Source: Octopus sinensis (Eukaryota). From it: a stretch of DNA of 64,000 bases. A program made the position numbers and the translations under genes. Of this stretch, positions 1 through 14,118 are shown piece by piece. The DNA lies in NCBI RefSeq assembly GCF_006345805.1, contig NC_042999.1, positions 40,052,001 to 40,116,000 on the forward strand. Reading direction: 5' to 3'. How positions within the stretch are numbered: the first letter of the stretch is position 1; each line of letters begins with the position of its first letter. The notes under the pieces are model-generated. The model saw nothing but the letters and a program-made list of their open reading frames with translations, did not search any database and had not been told where the DNA came from.

Positions 1-3
1 TAG

Positions 4-35
<32 letters not shown>

Positions 36-236
36 TTATATGTATGTATGTATGTATGTATGTATTAAGGATGGTATCACGCAATAAATTGGAAAGTGAA
101 AATGCAATGGCTTACTTATTAACTTACCTTACACATACACACGCACACACACATACATATACGCACACACATTCACACACGCGCGCATACATATGCACGG
201 ACGCCCACACATACGCATACACGCACATATACGACT
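1..236. repeat. Compound TA/TATG/CA microsatellite region
   Basis: Direct reading; the 145-aa ORF here is largely low-complexity translation. Confidence 0.9.
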
Positions 237-1317
237 TGTTTATGTATGTGTCTGTAAAAACACTGACTTATAAACGAAGATTCCTGCGATTATATCCATC
301 TCGTCTGTATATTGCTATTTTTTTTTCCTTTTCTCCCGGTAAAGACTTCCTTCACACTTCATGTATTGTTCATTTGCTTATGGCACAGTTTTACAATTTC
401 CTATTTGTAGCAACGGAGTCCTATTTATTAAGCGCATGGAATCAATTTCAGATATATGTGTTCTCTACGAAATCTGTTTGAAAAACATGCAAAAAAAAAA
501 TCACAATAAAACGATTTTTTGGTACTTTAGATGCATATATTGAATGTACTAAAATGAGAGAATATCAGTAAAATATTTTGTCAGAACAATAATCCACTTC
601 ATTGTATTTCAGCTTCGCCAGCGGACTAAGTTCAAAGAGTACTCTATCTGAAAAATTTTTCTTATAATATACAGAGGTTATCGAGTTTTTAATATTAATA
701 TAACTATAATGGTATGTGAAATAAGAATAAAAATGCATATAAAACTTATATTTTCCATCTCATTTTTTGCTAAGTATTATGTATGTTTTCCTTCATATAG
801 AATAGTTGTTTTTATTTTTAGTATATGCTTGTATTTTATTCCAATATTACTATATTACTCGTATAGCTATATTACCAGGCTTCATATGAGAATATCCAAA
901 TTAATATTGGATAATTAGAAGATGGGGAGAGGAGGGAATTAAAATCATATGTTTTGTTATTTCCCTTATGTTTTTCCTCATCCGCAAATTATTAAAAACA
1001 AAAAAAAAAGTTGTTTATTTATTTTACAAGATAATTATGTATAAACGGGAAAAAAATATTAAAAGAAAACAAACAAAACAAATCAGACGAGCCATTAATC
1101 AGATGCTACCCACCAGCAAAAGGTCAGATCTCAGTGGTGCAAATTAATTCAGCGATTTATAGATAACAGATGGTTGTTGATAGTATGTCTAAACTGTTGG
1201 TGTTATTGATAATTTAGAAAATTAATTCTGCTTAAATACACTCACGCAAGTAAACGTCTAATCACACATATGCTCATCACATATTCACAGATGCACGCTA
1301 TTCCGTCTCGCGCGCTA

Positions 1318-1336
1318 CACACACACACACACACAC

Positions 1337-1405
<69 letters not shown>

Positions 1406-1620
1406 TATATATACATATACACGCACAGATATATGTACATATATGCATTTATACATATACATATACACGCAGATATGTGTAAACATATATGTATATATAT
1501 ATGCACACATATATATATACACAGATATATATATATATATGTGTGTGTGTGTGTATATATATATTTGTGTGTGTGTGTATGTGTTTGTGTGTGTGTGTAT
1601 ACATACATACATCATATGTA
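1318..1620. repeat. Compound (CA)n-(TA)n-(TG)n microsatellite
   Basis: Direct reading; gives HT/IY/CV-repeat ORFs in many frames. Confidence 0.95.
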
Positions 1621-1970
1621 TATTGTGCTGGTGTGTATAAGTGTACGTGCTCTGGGGGCTGTAACATTCTAAGTGTGAATACTTCTCATACTAATTATTA
1701 CATCCAATATGTCGCTTACCCCTCCGAGTATTAGCTTCTGATTACACTCGCTAATACACATTCATATATACATCATACACATGCATATACAGTACACTCA
1801 GAAATATCCTCATATAAATTTTGAAAGACATACCATAAACATATTGATTTTTTTTTCCAATGGAAATATTGATACTTTCATACTACGTAGGTTTATTCGT
1901 TCACTCCTCAAATATAGAGTCTTGTGTTCGAATTAAAATCCTAGAATCTTTATTGGATTTATTTTACCAG

Positions 1971-2080
1971 TTCGTGGAATCGGCTAACACGTTGGGACAC
2001 GTATTTTGTACACATAACATATGCAGAGGTTAAACGCCCGTGTGATCACCGGTGCAGAGCACTAAAAGATGCAGACGTAG
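1971..2080 (+). CDS. Candidate internal coding exon, unknown protein (SWNRLTRWDTYFVHITYAEVKRPCDHRCRALKDADV)
   Basis: Acceptor tttattttaccag before 1971, donor GTGAGA at 2081, one open frame, higher GC than flanks. No homology recognised. Confidence 0.25.
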
Positions 2081-2329
2081 GTGAGAATATGGAATATTAT
2101 ATATATATATATATACTGTGTGCGATGGGTAAATTGTTTCCCTTTTATATTTTATACTTTGCACATTTGTACTGTTTGTTTTTGATTTCTTTGTCTACAC
2201 AGTATAGTAGGGTTATCTGGGCACTATCTTTAGGAAAACAGCACCGTGACGCAATTCACTACGTCCGATATTTGGAAACGACATGTTGTACTTCTAACCA
2301 TTCGCGCTGGAAGCTACAATACAAATATA

Positions 2330-3075
2330 TCAGGGTGTCTGTGTGTCAGTGTGAGCTTTTGCTGTATCCCCAAAATATATACCGAGAGCGATAAAAATCG
2401 AACATGCCGTCAACATCATGGTGTTTGAAGCGATCACTAGTGATGGCGACGTTATGCTTTCATTCATCTTCCCACACGGCTTCATATTCAACACAGAGGC
2501 CTACATCAAGTGCCTGGAGGAGGTAGCGCTTCCCTGAGTGAAGATGATAGCTGCTGGAATAACCTATGTTTGGCTACAGGACTCTGCATCAGGCCAGAAG
2601 AAGCCGGAGAACCCAGTCATGACTGTCAGACAATTTGTGCAACTACCTAACATCTGGCCACCTAAATCCCTCAGTGAAGATGATAGCTGCTGGAAGAACC
2701 TATGTTTGGCTACAGGACTCTGCATTAGGCCAGAAGAAGCCGGAGAACCCAGTCATGACTGTCAGACAATTTGTGCCACTACCTAACATCTGGCCACCTA
2801 AATCCGCACATTGTAATCTCCTTGATTACTATGTGAAAGGCGCAGTCGAGTGAGAAGCTAATAAATCTATTTGTAACACCAAAGATAAACTGAAGGCAGG
2901 GATTATGGCAACATTCACCAACTTAAACAAGGAGACCGCCCAGAAGAGTTCCAGGAGATTTCTATGACTTCTGGTGATCTTGGTTGAAGCCAATGGCGAC
3001 TTTATTGAATACATTTACTGTTTAGTATTTCAAGGTATTTTAATGTAATTTTGGTAAATATATCTTGGTTTCATT
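2330..3075 (+). mobile_element. Decayed Tc1/mariner transposase, DD37D (maT-like), C-terminal part
   Basis: Frame-spliced translation gives NIMVF.AITSDGDVM, YVWLQDSA, NIWPP..P.CNLLDYYV.GAVE and ANGDFIE*; D-to-D spacing of about 37 is reconstructed across frameshifts. Confidence 0.75.
2532..2803 (+). repeat. 136-bp near-identical tandem duplication inside the maT copy
   Basis: ccctgagtgaagatgatagctgctgg...cacctaaat at 2532 recurs at 2668; CCC at the junction. Confidence 0.95.
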
Positions 3076-3097
3076 TGATGTAATTAATTTATATACC

Positions 3098-4400
3098 AGT
3101 ATACCCCATAATTATAGGCTAGAGCCAGTTCAGTTCTGGCTGGGCCAATTTCTAGAAGAAATACCAGCAAGGATCAGCAAAAATTCGTAACTGAATCGGT
3201 TGAATTCGTCCTACGAAACAACCACTTCATGTTTGACAATACGCTTTATCGACAAAATTCCGGAATTGCCATGGGCGCTAGGGCAGCTCCAGTCATTGCG
3301 AACCTAACAATGGCCTATCTGCAAATAATAATATACCAGAAATCTTTATCTACCTTTGGAAACCCCCTTGCCCAATACATAAAAGAAAATTGGAAAAGAT
3401 TCCTAGACGACTGTTTTTTATACTCTGGGATGAAAGCAGAGACAGACTCCTGAAATCCAAAGACTTTTAAACAGCGTCAACCCAAACATATAGTTCACAA
3501 TGGGGTACAGCCAAAATGAGCTCCTATTCTTGAATATACTAATTAAAAAATAAACCTAAAAATAGAAACGGACATATATTACAAAACCACGGACGTCAAA
3601 CAAGAAAGATATGCACAATAGTGTCAGAAAAAATAACAGAGACTATAGACTGCAAGAACTCAAAAACAAGCAAATATATATATGCCTGTCAGGCACTACC
3701 CAGTTCAACTCATAGAGGATGGAATCAGACGTGCAACACAAATCGACATAGAAACCTTAAGAAGAATGCAACACAGTAACCCACCTTCCCCGAAAATACT
3801 GCCGTACATATCCACATACAATCCAAGAAACAAAGAAGCCTTCACCATCATCACTCAAAATTTACCAATGTCACGTAAGGACTCCAAATTAAAGGAAATT
3901 TTCCACACACATAAGATCATTAAAAGCCACAAACAACCGAAATCACCAAAACAATTCCTCACAAAACCAAAATAATTTTCTAACAGAATGGACGCAAAAG
4001 TGAAAATATGTGGTCGACCAAATCGCGCAACATGCCCCAAACTTGTAGAAGGATCAGAATTCCTTTTCAAAGAGGGACAAAAATTCAAAATCAAATCTGA
4101 TTTTACTTGTGCTTCAAAAAAAATGATTTATGTTATAAGAGGCACGAGCTGCGACTAAAACTACATAGGCTCCACAGGATTATCGCTTAGACGCAGATGC
4201 GCTCTGCACCGAGAGCAGATTGCATTCCTAAAATAAAGAATGATACCATTTAGTGAACATATTGAGAAATACGCAAAGCAACTGCTACCACAATTTGTAA
4301 TCTTTCCATTCTATCAATGTGTCATTGGAACACTAGCACAAATTAGATTAAAAAAAGAAATCCTACTTCAATGAAAAAATATTAGCCATAACTTAACCAT
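3098..4400 (+). mobile_element. 5'-truncated Penelope-like element (RT C-half + GIY-YIG), pseudogenised
   Basis: YRQNSGIAMGARAAPVIANL, WKRFLDDCF, thumb LPYISTYNPRN, and MIYVIRGTSCD*NYIGSTGLSLRRRCALHREQI (GIY-YIG, about 4123-4230); stops and frameshifts. Confidence 0.9.
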
Positions 4401-4773
4401 TTATAATATTTTTAAATAACGAAACACACTTCACTGAAAAAATATAAAGTAAAACCTAACCACTTATAACATTCTATTGCTTCTAAACCAAATCATTAAA
4501 TTAATAAAGCCTAGTCATTTCCAACATTTTTTACTATCTCCCTAATACCGAAAACATTCCTTATTACCTTCCATATTTCGCAACATAGCGAAGACATGAC
4601 ACAATATAGGTAAAGAAAGTTGGGAAATTAGAAAAGAAAATACAAAATCGGTTTAATCTCCAGAAACAATGTTGCTAGACACATTTAATAACATTTTTCT
4701 AACATGACGATTTAAATATATTCTTTAACCAAATAACACGAGCCTTAATTATTTTTAAAAAATCTATTTTGTT

Positions 4774-4774
<1 letters not shown>

Positions 4775-4850
<76 letters not shown>

Positions 4851-4945
4851 TATATATATATACATACATACTTACATATACTCACATACATACATACATA
4901 CTTACATACACATACATACTTACATACACATACATACACACATAT
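4775..4945. repeat. (TA)n/(TACA)n microsatellite
   Basis: Direct reading. Confidence 0.9.
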
Positions 4946-5691
4946 AGACGTGAACGAATGTGTGTATTGTCTGCGATGGCGTGTGTATGTGAGTGTTTGC
5001 ATGTGTTTGGCAGTATTCCTCGTTGTATCGTGCTGGGGGATGAAAACGTTGGTTAAACATTGTTGTTTGCGATATTCAATGTGAGCAGTGGTATAAATAT
5101 ACCACTTATTCAATTTCTGTTAGAAATGCCGTGTTGAATTTACTAGCCTCTACTGAGATGCGTAACCTGGAAGGGACCCCGATGATAATTCTATACTTGA
5201 GTCAACTGAACAGTCATCTTATTATGGGTTTATATTTTATATTGATAATGAAGTAATGGGATGGAAAGTGTTTAATATATGTAAGTGTGGCAGACAGTCG
5301 AATATAATATGTTTTATAAATCTAAATCGGTATAGTCTAACGAATGTATGACAATTGTGTGTGTGAGAATAACTCCACAGTGATGTATCTGGGTGGAATG
5401 TTTGGAAAGTTTTTATTGGATAGGACATGTGTACACATTTTGCATAACAGAATTAACGAATTCATTAGAGGCTGAAGGAAAAGGATTTTGCAGTATATCA
5501 ACAAGGAATGTTCGAGATCAAAAATGTTAGCGTAATATACTATCGGCACAAGCAGCTTGAGGAAATATCATACTCACAACCCTCTCGTTGTATTATATTG
5601 ATATGCATTTACCCATCAGAAACGGTCTCCAATATCTGTGTGACAAAATATCTCCGATGATGGAACAATGTTAGTATTGTCATTAATAAAA

Positions 5692-6165
5692 GGCGGCGAG
5701 CTGGCAGGAACGTTAGCACGCCGGGCAAAATGCGTAGCCGTATTTTGTCTTCCGTTACGTTCTGAGTTCAAATTTTGCCGAGGTCGACTTTGCCTTTCAT
5801 CCTTTAAAGGCGGTGAGCTGGCTGAATCGTTAGCACTCCGGGCAAAATACTTAGTAGTATTTCGTCTGCCGCTACGTTCTGAGTTCAAATTCCGCCGAGG
5901 TCGACTTTGCCTTTCATCCTTTCGGAGTCGATTAAATAAGTACCAGTTACGCACTGGAGTCGATGTAATCGACTTAATCGGTTTGTCTGTCCTTGTTTGT
6001 CCTCTCTTTGTGTAGCCCCTTGTGAATAGTAAAGAAATCGGTATTTCGTCCGTCTTCAGGTTCTGACTTCAGATACCCCCAAGGTCAACTTTGCCTTTCA
6101 TCCTTTAGGGGTTGATAAAATAAATATCAGTCGACCACTGAGGTCGATGTAATCGACTCATCTGC
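5692..6165 (+). mobile_element. tRNA-derived SINE family A, tandem/partial copies
   Basis: Head ggcggcgagctggcaggaacgttagc with B-box-like GAGTTCAAATT; head repeated at about 5808; extra 3' part at about 6030-6165; same family at 23.2 and 33.4 kb. Confidence 0.85.
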
Positions 6166-7099
6166 TTCGCTGAAATTGCTGGCCTTGTTACAAATTTTGA
6201 AACCAATATAATCATTGTTGAATCTCCACATGGATAGTAGTGCTGGTGATTACTAAAATGAAAAATAATTCATGGCGTAGCCGTTGTTGTTTAGTGTTTG
6301 ATGGAGCAGACTCATGAAACATGAGTAATCTCTCGGTAGAGATGACTTGGAGGGTTTTGTTGCTATTACTAGCGCATGTTAATGAATATTTATTCTCTGC
6401 ATACTTCGAATACGACAATTTTTGTATCAATTCAATCGATTTCGTACCTAATGAATATATACTTATGATCGTGTAACGAGTGGAGTGAGATAACGCGTGA
6501 GCGATAAGCCATGAAAGACCTTTTCTCTGGTTGCACAAGCAATATCATAAAGCTAGCAACTCATAACTTATCTATTTGAACATGTAACACATCATTGCCT
6601 GAAAGAAAAAATGATGACTATTGTTATAACGTTTATTATTTGTCAGCCGACTTGACATGTCTAAAAAAAAGGGACAAAAGTAACAGCAATTAAAACGAAG
6701 AACTACATCTTGGAAATAGTTTAGTCGTAATTTTTAATATATGTAGAAAATGTGCCTTTAGATACCCTGATATAATTTTTACGACTGTTATGCAAGAAGA
6801 TGCCTTAGGTCAGAATTTGTATTTTAAGATTTTGCCTCTAGTTCCGGTATTTGACTGAAAATTTTAGTGAACTGAAAGTAGCCCTTATGAAAATCTGATT
6901 ACATTCAACTGTCATGTGGAGAAAATATAATGGCGTGAGGATAACTTAAGCAATATAATCAATTGAAAACTTATGAGCTACTGAAAATTCATCATTCGAT
7001 ATTCAAGACTGTTTAAAATGAACGTATTTTAGTATGCTAGAGTAGTATTTTATTTCAGAGCAAGTATCTATCTCTTGGAAAATGTATAGGTGATTGTTA

Positions 7100-7265
7100 A
7101 TGGATAGCATGTCGGACAAAATACATATGGTACTTCGTCAGTATTTACGTTGTGAGTTCAGATGGCGCCAAGGTCAACTATACCGTTCATCCTTTTTGGT
7201 GTTGATAACATAAAGTACCAGTTGAGTACATGGGACGAAGTAATCCACTAATATTCTCGTTGAAA
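7100..7265 (+). mobile_element. Degenerate SINE A
   Basis: gagttcagat..aaggtcaacta..catccttt..aagtaccagtt matches family A. Confidence 0.65.
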
Positions 7266-7877
7266 TTATCAGACCTCGTGTCTATAGGAGAAAGTAGAAA
7301 AGAGCATTAGCTTACAACTCATTATGTTCTGAAATTTTAATTGCTGTATATCTTTCTGAACCCTTTCAAATAGAGTGATGTTTTAAAAGTATCACCTATC
7401 CAAGAAATTTTCTTTTTCTTCTATGTTAGAGAAAATGATTGACTATGTGAATATCATAAACGTAGTGTGATGGACAGCAACGTTCCCTTATGTCAGCAAT
7501 TTTTTACCACCTAGGAATTAATTTTGTTCTTCAGCATTTGTCAGATGACACAAAATGCAGTCATAGTAAAAATTAATTACATTATCATTTTATCTTAAAA
7601 GGCAATAAAAAATAATTAAAAAAAGACAAAAAAACTAATTGATGTCAGGTGCTTCTGACCATCCAGTTTTATTTTAAATAAATCAAATTTAAATTTTGTG
7701 AGCTGAACAACTTTTTAAAGATATTTACTACAACCTCTTTCAGTAATATTTCAACAGATATATTGTATAGCACGGAATGACACTACAGAAGAATATATAT
7801 GCATACATACATACATGCTCAAATAGATATATACATATATAATTACGGTATTTTTGCGCCTGTATGAATTTCAAATC

Positions 7878-7930
<53 letters not shown>

Positions 7931-8984
7931 AACGGATGTGTTATACATATATAGTAGTCGGAATACGCTCTCTTTAAGACAGCATGCTTCACATTCGTCT
8001 GGTGTTATTGTATCACGTATTCCGTAAATGAATACATATATCGTGAATGAGGTAAGTATACTGCCAAAACATACCCCATGAATAAAACTCGAACGTCAGT
8101 GAAGGAAAACTTAAAGTAGGGGCAACAAAATGAAAGGCAGACATGCTTACAAAATGGGCATTTATTATGAGCGGGAAAATTACAACGTAAATACAGCCAA
8201 TAAAATTTCATACACACGCACAGGCGCACGTGCATACGCACAAACATGCACGCGCTTATACACACACGCACACATACACACGCGCGTTCAAAAATGCAGT
8301 TTGAAAACAGTTGGTCTTTATTACTAAATTCCATATTATAGTAAATACCGCTATTCTATTTACGCTTATGCGTAGGGAAAAATTGAGCTCATTACATTCA
8401 CGTTATTGTCAGCCTTTTGATGTGAACCGAACGAAATATCTATAATGTTTATTTATATATAGCATAATGGAAGTGAAGGTAAGCGAAATGATATTTAGCT
8501 ATTTAATAGCAATGCAATATTAGTATAACTTATGTTAAAGCAATGGACATACATACAAAAGTGTGCCCCATAGAACTTGTTTCCACATGAAAAAATATGT
8601 TTTCCAATGCCATTCTCTTCAAATTTGCAATAGTTGGTGTAGATTTCCAGTTCTTACGGAATTGATCGCGAGAAAAAAATTTGTGGGAGTATGGGTGAGG
8701 AAAGCAGTTTCAAAATTTTCACACGGGTCAAGTTTGTTTCCTCGTAACTTTCGGAATAACGGATACTTATAAGTGAAAATGTCAACAAATACCGTCCAAA
8801 GTGTGGAAATTGAAATTGTATCGGAATTCAAAGGGAAAATATAAACTTGTTGGATAACACATTGACATATTAACATACATCACATTTTATTTATTTAAAT
8901 ACAAATTCTGATATAACGGAACAAGCGTCATCTGAAGCGTATTTGAAGAAAATTTCATTAAAAGATTATCCATTTTTCTGGAAA

Positions 8985-9035
8985 AGATGCGGCCGGTTAG
9001 TGTATATCGTTGCGCATGTCTTACCGGAAGTCCAT
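8985..9035. promoter_or_regulatory. Promoter-like motif cluster (NRF1-like half site TGCGCATG, ETS ACCGGAAGT)
   Basis: TGCGCATG 9011-9018 and ACCGGAAGT 9023-9031 within a CpG-rich patch. Motifs only. Confidence 0.25.
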
Positions 9036-9399
9036 AGTAAAAGTGTATCTTTTAAAACAATAATAGTAGACAAACAGCATAGAGAGAGAGGGAGCAAGTA
9101 AAATGTATTCCGTTGCTCACAGTTGCTTTCCCAAGTTTTCCTGAGTTATCCTGAACAATGCAGCCAAATTGGCCACTATATCATGTTCACTCCCTCTCTC
9201 TTTCACTCAACTCTCTCTCTCTCTCTCTATCTCTCTTTCTCTCTCTATCTATCTATCTCTCTGTCTATGTCTCTCTGTCTCTCTCTTTCTGTTGTTACAG
9301 ATGTTCTAATCAAAACGCAAAGAACCTATCAGGGGCTGCCAGAATATGTTTCCGGCACCTTTTGCAATCCCAGTAATCCACCACCGACGATGCGTTGCA

Positions 9400-9545
9400 G
9401 CTTTCATCGATGCCAAATGGATCAAAGACAGGGTTAAACTCGGCCTTATTTCGACTCAGAAAGGCGGGATTAAAAACTCCAAGTATTCTCTATCCAAAGC
9501 CACAAACAGCCGCTTGACATACGCCGAAGGATTAGCATAATCTTT
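9400..9545 (-). mobile_element. Degenerate SINE A, reverse orientation
   Basis: gatgccaaatggatcaaagacagggttaaactcggc..tcgactcagaa resembles the reverse SINE A copy at 23280-23340. Confidence 0.55.
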
Positions 9546-9656
9546 CCCACATTTTTGCGTATGTATACAAACAAATATCTATATATTTGTAAATAAACAC
9601 ATATATATATACACTCGTACATACATATATATTTATGTGATTATATATATATACAA

Positions 9657-9689
<33 letters not shown>

Positions 9690-9714
9690 AATATATATAT
9701 ATATACATACACAC

Positions 9715-9755
<41 letters not shown>

Positions 9756-9789
9756 TATCAGTGTGAGTGTGTGTGTTTGTGTGTCTGTG

Positions 9790-10872
9790 TACAGAAGACC
9801 AAGAATCATATACAAGTATTGGACAAAGGAATATTTGTTCATACTTCAGCTAAAACATACACCAGGTCTTCTAGTGATGATGGCGGAGGTTAAGGACTCC
9901 ATACTTGTTTTTCTAAAACTCTCCATAAATGTTCAATAATATTGAGATCTAGGGACTGCGGTGGCCAGATAAGATGTTCGGCATCACTAGAATGTTCCTT
10001 GTGCCATTCAGTAACAACTTTGGCTGTGTGAATTGGTGCATTATCATCCTGAAAGATTGTATTTCTCTCCGGAAACTGTTCTGCAATCATAGGATGAATT
10101 TGATTAGTAAAAATGTTTAAATCGTCTTCACTATTAATTCTGCCATGAACAGAAAGTATAGGGCCGGCGGATTTCCAAGATATAGCCCCACCAAATCCTC
10201 ACAGAGAACCTCTGAAAAATTTGGAAGAAGGCAGCCTGGGTCAAATGCTTCATTTGGCAGTCTCTACACGTATACTAGGCTGGTGGTCGGAAATAAGGTA
10301 AAAGATGACTCGTCCGATAAAATAACATTCTTCTACTGCTCTAGGGACCAATTCTGTAGGTTTTTACTCCACTCTAAACGCTTTGCAACCTTTGTTTTTG
10401 AAAGTAGTGGTATTCTGATTGCAACCGTAACATGAAATCCATGTTTGTGCAGCTCCTGCGAACAGTTATTGTGGAAATTCGGTTCTCGAGCTGGTCATTA
10501 CGCTCCCCATTAATTTTAATAGCTGTACTTTTGTGACATTTCTAACAATTCGCATAAGATCCTGACGGCCCCTGTCTGAAGTTTTGGTGTTCTTCCGGAG
10601 TTTTGTTTCGACGAGGCGCTTTTTCGCTCTTTCTCAAAAGCTGTCATTACTTTCGAGACTATACTTCTTGATAAATCTTTCATTTTAATGAATTTTAATT
10701 TCCTCTTTCTGATGATATCTGAAAAGCAACAGGAATTTTAGCAAAACATATTAAGCAACACTAATAGTAAATCAAAAAACATAAAAATATACAAGATGTT
10801 GTCAGTTTTATAGATATTTCAAAATTATGATGCTATGATGTTAGGTAATTCACTTATTTTGTCCAACCCCTG
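9790..10872 (-). mobile_element. Decayed Tc1-like (DD34E) transposon, one end intact
   Basis: IFQDDNAPIHTAK and WPPQSLDLNIIEHLW; terminus CAGGGGTTGGACAAAATA plus TA at 10873-10874. Confidence 0.9.
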
Positions 10873-11065
10873 TATGTATGTTTGTATTCGGGTATATATG
10901 TATATGCATGTGTAAGCACACAACTAAACTATACATGCACATATATGAATATATTACTGCAGGCTGTATATTTGATTATATATACGTGTACATATATATA
11001 TATTATCCTGCCACTTTTTTGATCAAATTTTTTCTGTAAAAAAACTTCATCCTATATTAGTAGTA

Positions 11066-11068
11066 TAG

Positions 11069-11157
<89 letters not shown>

Positions 11158-11159
11158 CA

Positions 11160-11208
<49 letters not shown>

Positions 11209-11320
11209 GTATGTATATATATACATATACATATATATATGTATGTCTGTTTATATATATATATAATATATATATATATAAATTGATTATCTCGTGTTTC
11301 AAAATATATATAATATATAT
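11066..11320. repeat. Long (TA)n microsatellite
   Basis: Direct reading. Confidence 0.95.
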
Positions 11321-13163
11321 GTTGGTGGCAGGATACAAAACATTTTTGGGTGCACTCCATTACACCACTTACAATAAATAATACTTTCTCTCTTGCTGTC
11401 ATATTGTGATGGATAATGACTTAATTGCTAACATCCTGCTTTTCATCCTTTGATGATAGGTTGCAGTAAATTTTAGCAGCAATTACGAGGGATGAGTGTT
11501 TTTGTAACATAATCTTCTTTATCGAGGTAAAGTAGGCGCATAACATGTCAGAGCATTGACATTTTCAGCAAAATAAAGAAGAGAAAAATTTATTCCTCTC
11601 ATGTATTTCATAGTTTTGGTTCTATGCAAATTCAAATTTTACATCTTTTTTAAGCAATTTTAATGAGCAATTAACTAAGCATGTACCGTATATTGATGAG
11701 TATCATAAGCGATCATATTTATAAAGTTAATCTTTGTTATGTAGTTTTAGATTTATTTCCGTTATTTTCATTCTACCTGTGCCATAGAACCACAACCGAC
11801 AGTAAATATAAATAAACCGTTACCCATGTTTCGATCCTTAATTGTTTACTCATTCTTATGTTGATCCGTATCCATGGATTTCAGATAATGTAAAAATCGT
11901 AACGTTTGGCAGCTAGTATTTCAGCTTTTATTGATTTAGTTAAAGCGCCAAAGTCCCTGAGTGTATACGTACCTTTATATCGTAAATTGTTTCCACACCA
12001 ATTCAGCTGTCATTCATTCACTATTATCGTCAATTTATTTCAGTAATGCAGAGTAATGCTAAATTTGGTATCGATTAAATACGGTAACATACAAAGTTGA
12101 TTGATGAATTCTAAGAATAAATCATATTACATCTCACACCGGAAGTGAGCTACAAATGTAGCTGAAGAGTATGGATGCATTTAAAGCCATGTACACACCC
12201 ATATTTAAAGCTGAGTGTAAATATAATTTCTAACAAATTCCAAGGATATATGGAGTGAAAGGAGTGTACATTCAATGATGTAAACTCAGTACTTGCATAG
12301 GGTATACATCAAAGGTTCAACTTAGAATTATAGAGATGTATAGAATACGCAAGTTTACGCTCTGCTCCAATACCTGGATGATGTTAGCTTATTGTTTCTT
12401 CCGCCATATGATATGGTAACCACGTCTGATCGGGACATTGATTCTCGGCGTGCTCAATAACAGAATATCTGTAAATTTTGTGATTTTATCCTGTTGTTAT
12501 CCAAGATCCAGAGACACATTTGCAGCAAATGTAACAATTTTGCAAGCAAATATATTGATATGTTATTAAAAGTAGCTCAGTCCATTATTACAGAGTGATC
12601 TGAGACGGCCTATAGCGCCCAGAGGCACTGATGAATTGAGCACCTAAATTTCGATAGTTTTCGGGTGTCTAAAAGACCCAAGGGAATGAAATTATGGTTT
12701 CACAAAATGAAATATGCTAAAAGCGTATGTTAGTGATTTTAGAAGTTTCATTGGACCCACTTCAATATTTGACGACTAACAATTTTCAGAAAGAAGCGAT
12801 ATTTGAATTTAGAAGATAATTTAAATAACTGGTCAGATATTGGCATTACTAAAGGTGTAATTAGTAGTGCATGGAATTTTGACAGGTGTTTATGTTTGGG
12901 TTGAACACACGGAGCCTCCGAGAGCACCTCTGCTTTGGAAAGTTGAATAAATTTGTAAAGATCAGAATAAGGATAATCCTGAATGCAACAACAGATTCAA
13001 AACATAATAGAACTTGAATATATAATTCAATAATCACACAGGCATTTTTCGGTAAAAACAAGAAAACCACAACAAAATACAAGTCTTCACTACTAGACGC
13101 AATAAGATAATTCAACAGTACTCATACGTAAGAAAAAGAAACACTACATCGTCCATATATACT

Positions 13164-14118
13164 TACGAGGAAGAGTCGAACGTTATACGCACTTTTGTTT
13201 TTTCAATGTACTTACGCAAAAGCAGGGGATAAACAAATACGTCATTTTCTTTATTGTTTCCCTCTTTTACGATGCACGTGGTCTATCAGTCCACAAGCAT
13301 GTGTATTCCCTCCCGGAGGAGGGTTTTCGGTCGGGCGTGCAACCACATAGGCACCACTTTCTTCATCCGTCGGAGAGTGTCGAATTCGTAAACCATCTTT
13401 GAGCAGTCCAAATTCATGATGGTGGAAACGGGTGAGATCTGGGCTGCAGGCAGGGTGTTCCAGTATCCCAAAATCCAATTGGTTAATGGTTTCAATGGTC
13501 CGGGTGGCACTGTATAGGCGTGAATTTTTATGCAAAAACTTTTCTTCGACAACAGGCTTTGGCGTTTGGTGCGAATTGCTGGTTTTAGTTTGTTGGCGAG
13601 CAAAGCATTGTACCTTACACTGTTGATTGTACAGCAATTTTTGCGATAGTCTTCCAACATAGGTAGACCCATTATTTGATAGTTATACTGCATGACTAAT
13701 CATTGATGATAACTCGCCGGTTCACCATTACCATCTCTCGGGCAATGCTGAATCTTCTCGTCCTGCTCCCTCTTCGTGACTTACGCTTATCCTGTTACTT
13801 TTAAACTTCTCGATCCACTCACACACACTTCTACACGGTGGTGCACTTTCCTCGTAATAATTTCTGAGCAGAGAAATCGGATCATAGCCCTTTATTCTTC
13901 TTCTATAAACGCTGCTATTGGAGCGGCCATGCTTACACTGTAAAGTCAGAAAAGAAATGGAACGATCAGGTTGAATCTTCGATCACGTGACCACAAGCGT
14001 ACGAACTATTAGCACACATGCGCAGAAGACCATAATAAAGATGTGACCATAATAAAGTCTGACCATAATAAAGATATATTATGGCGAAAGTGCGAATACT
14101 TTTTGACTTGCTCTCGTA
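13164..14118 (-). mobile_element. Decayed mariner (DD34D-type) with degenerate TIRs and TA ends
   Basis: KLKPAIRTKR..LLSK, ILEHPACSPDL, FGLLKDGLR; TIR tacgagg..cgcacttt at 13164 vs aaagtgcg..ctctcgta ending 14118. Confidence 0.85.

Noticed and set aside
6212-6538. 108-aa minus-strand ORF
   Set aside because: No recognisable domain or splice signals; within chance length.
12350-12460. QYLDDV as an RT motif, or a minus-strand exon
   Set aside because: Short frame bounded by stops, no other RT motifs; the exon reading has stops in all frames.
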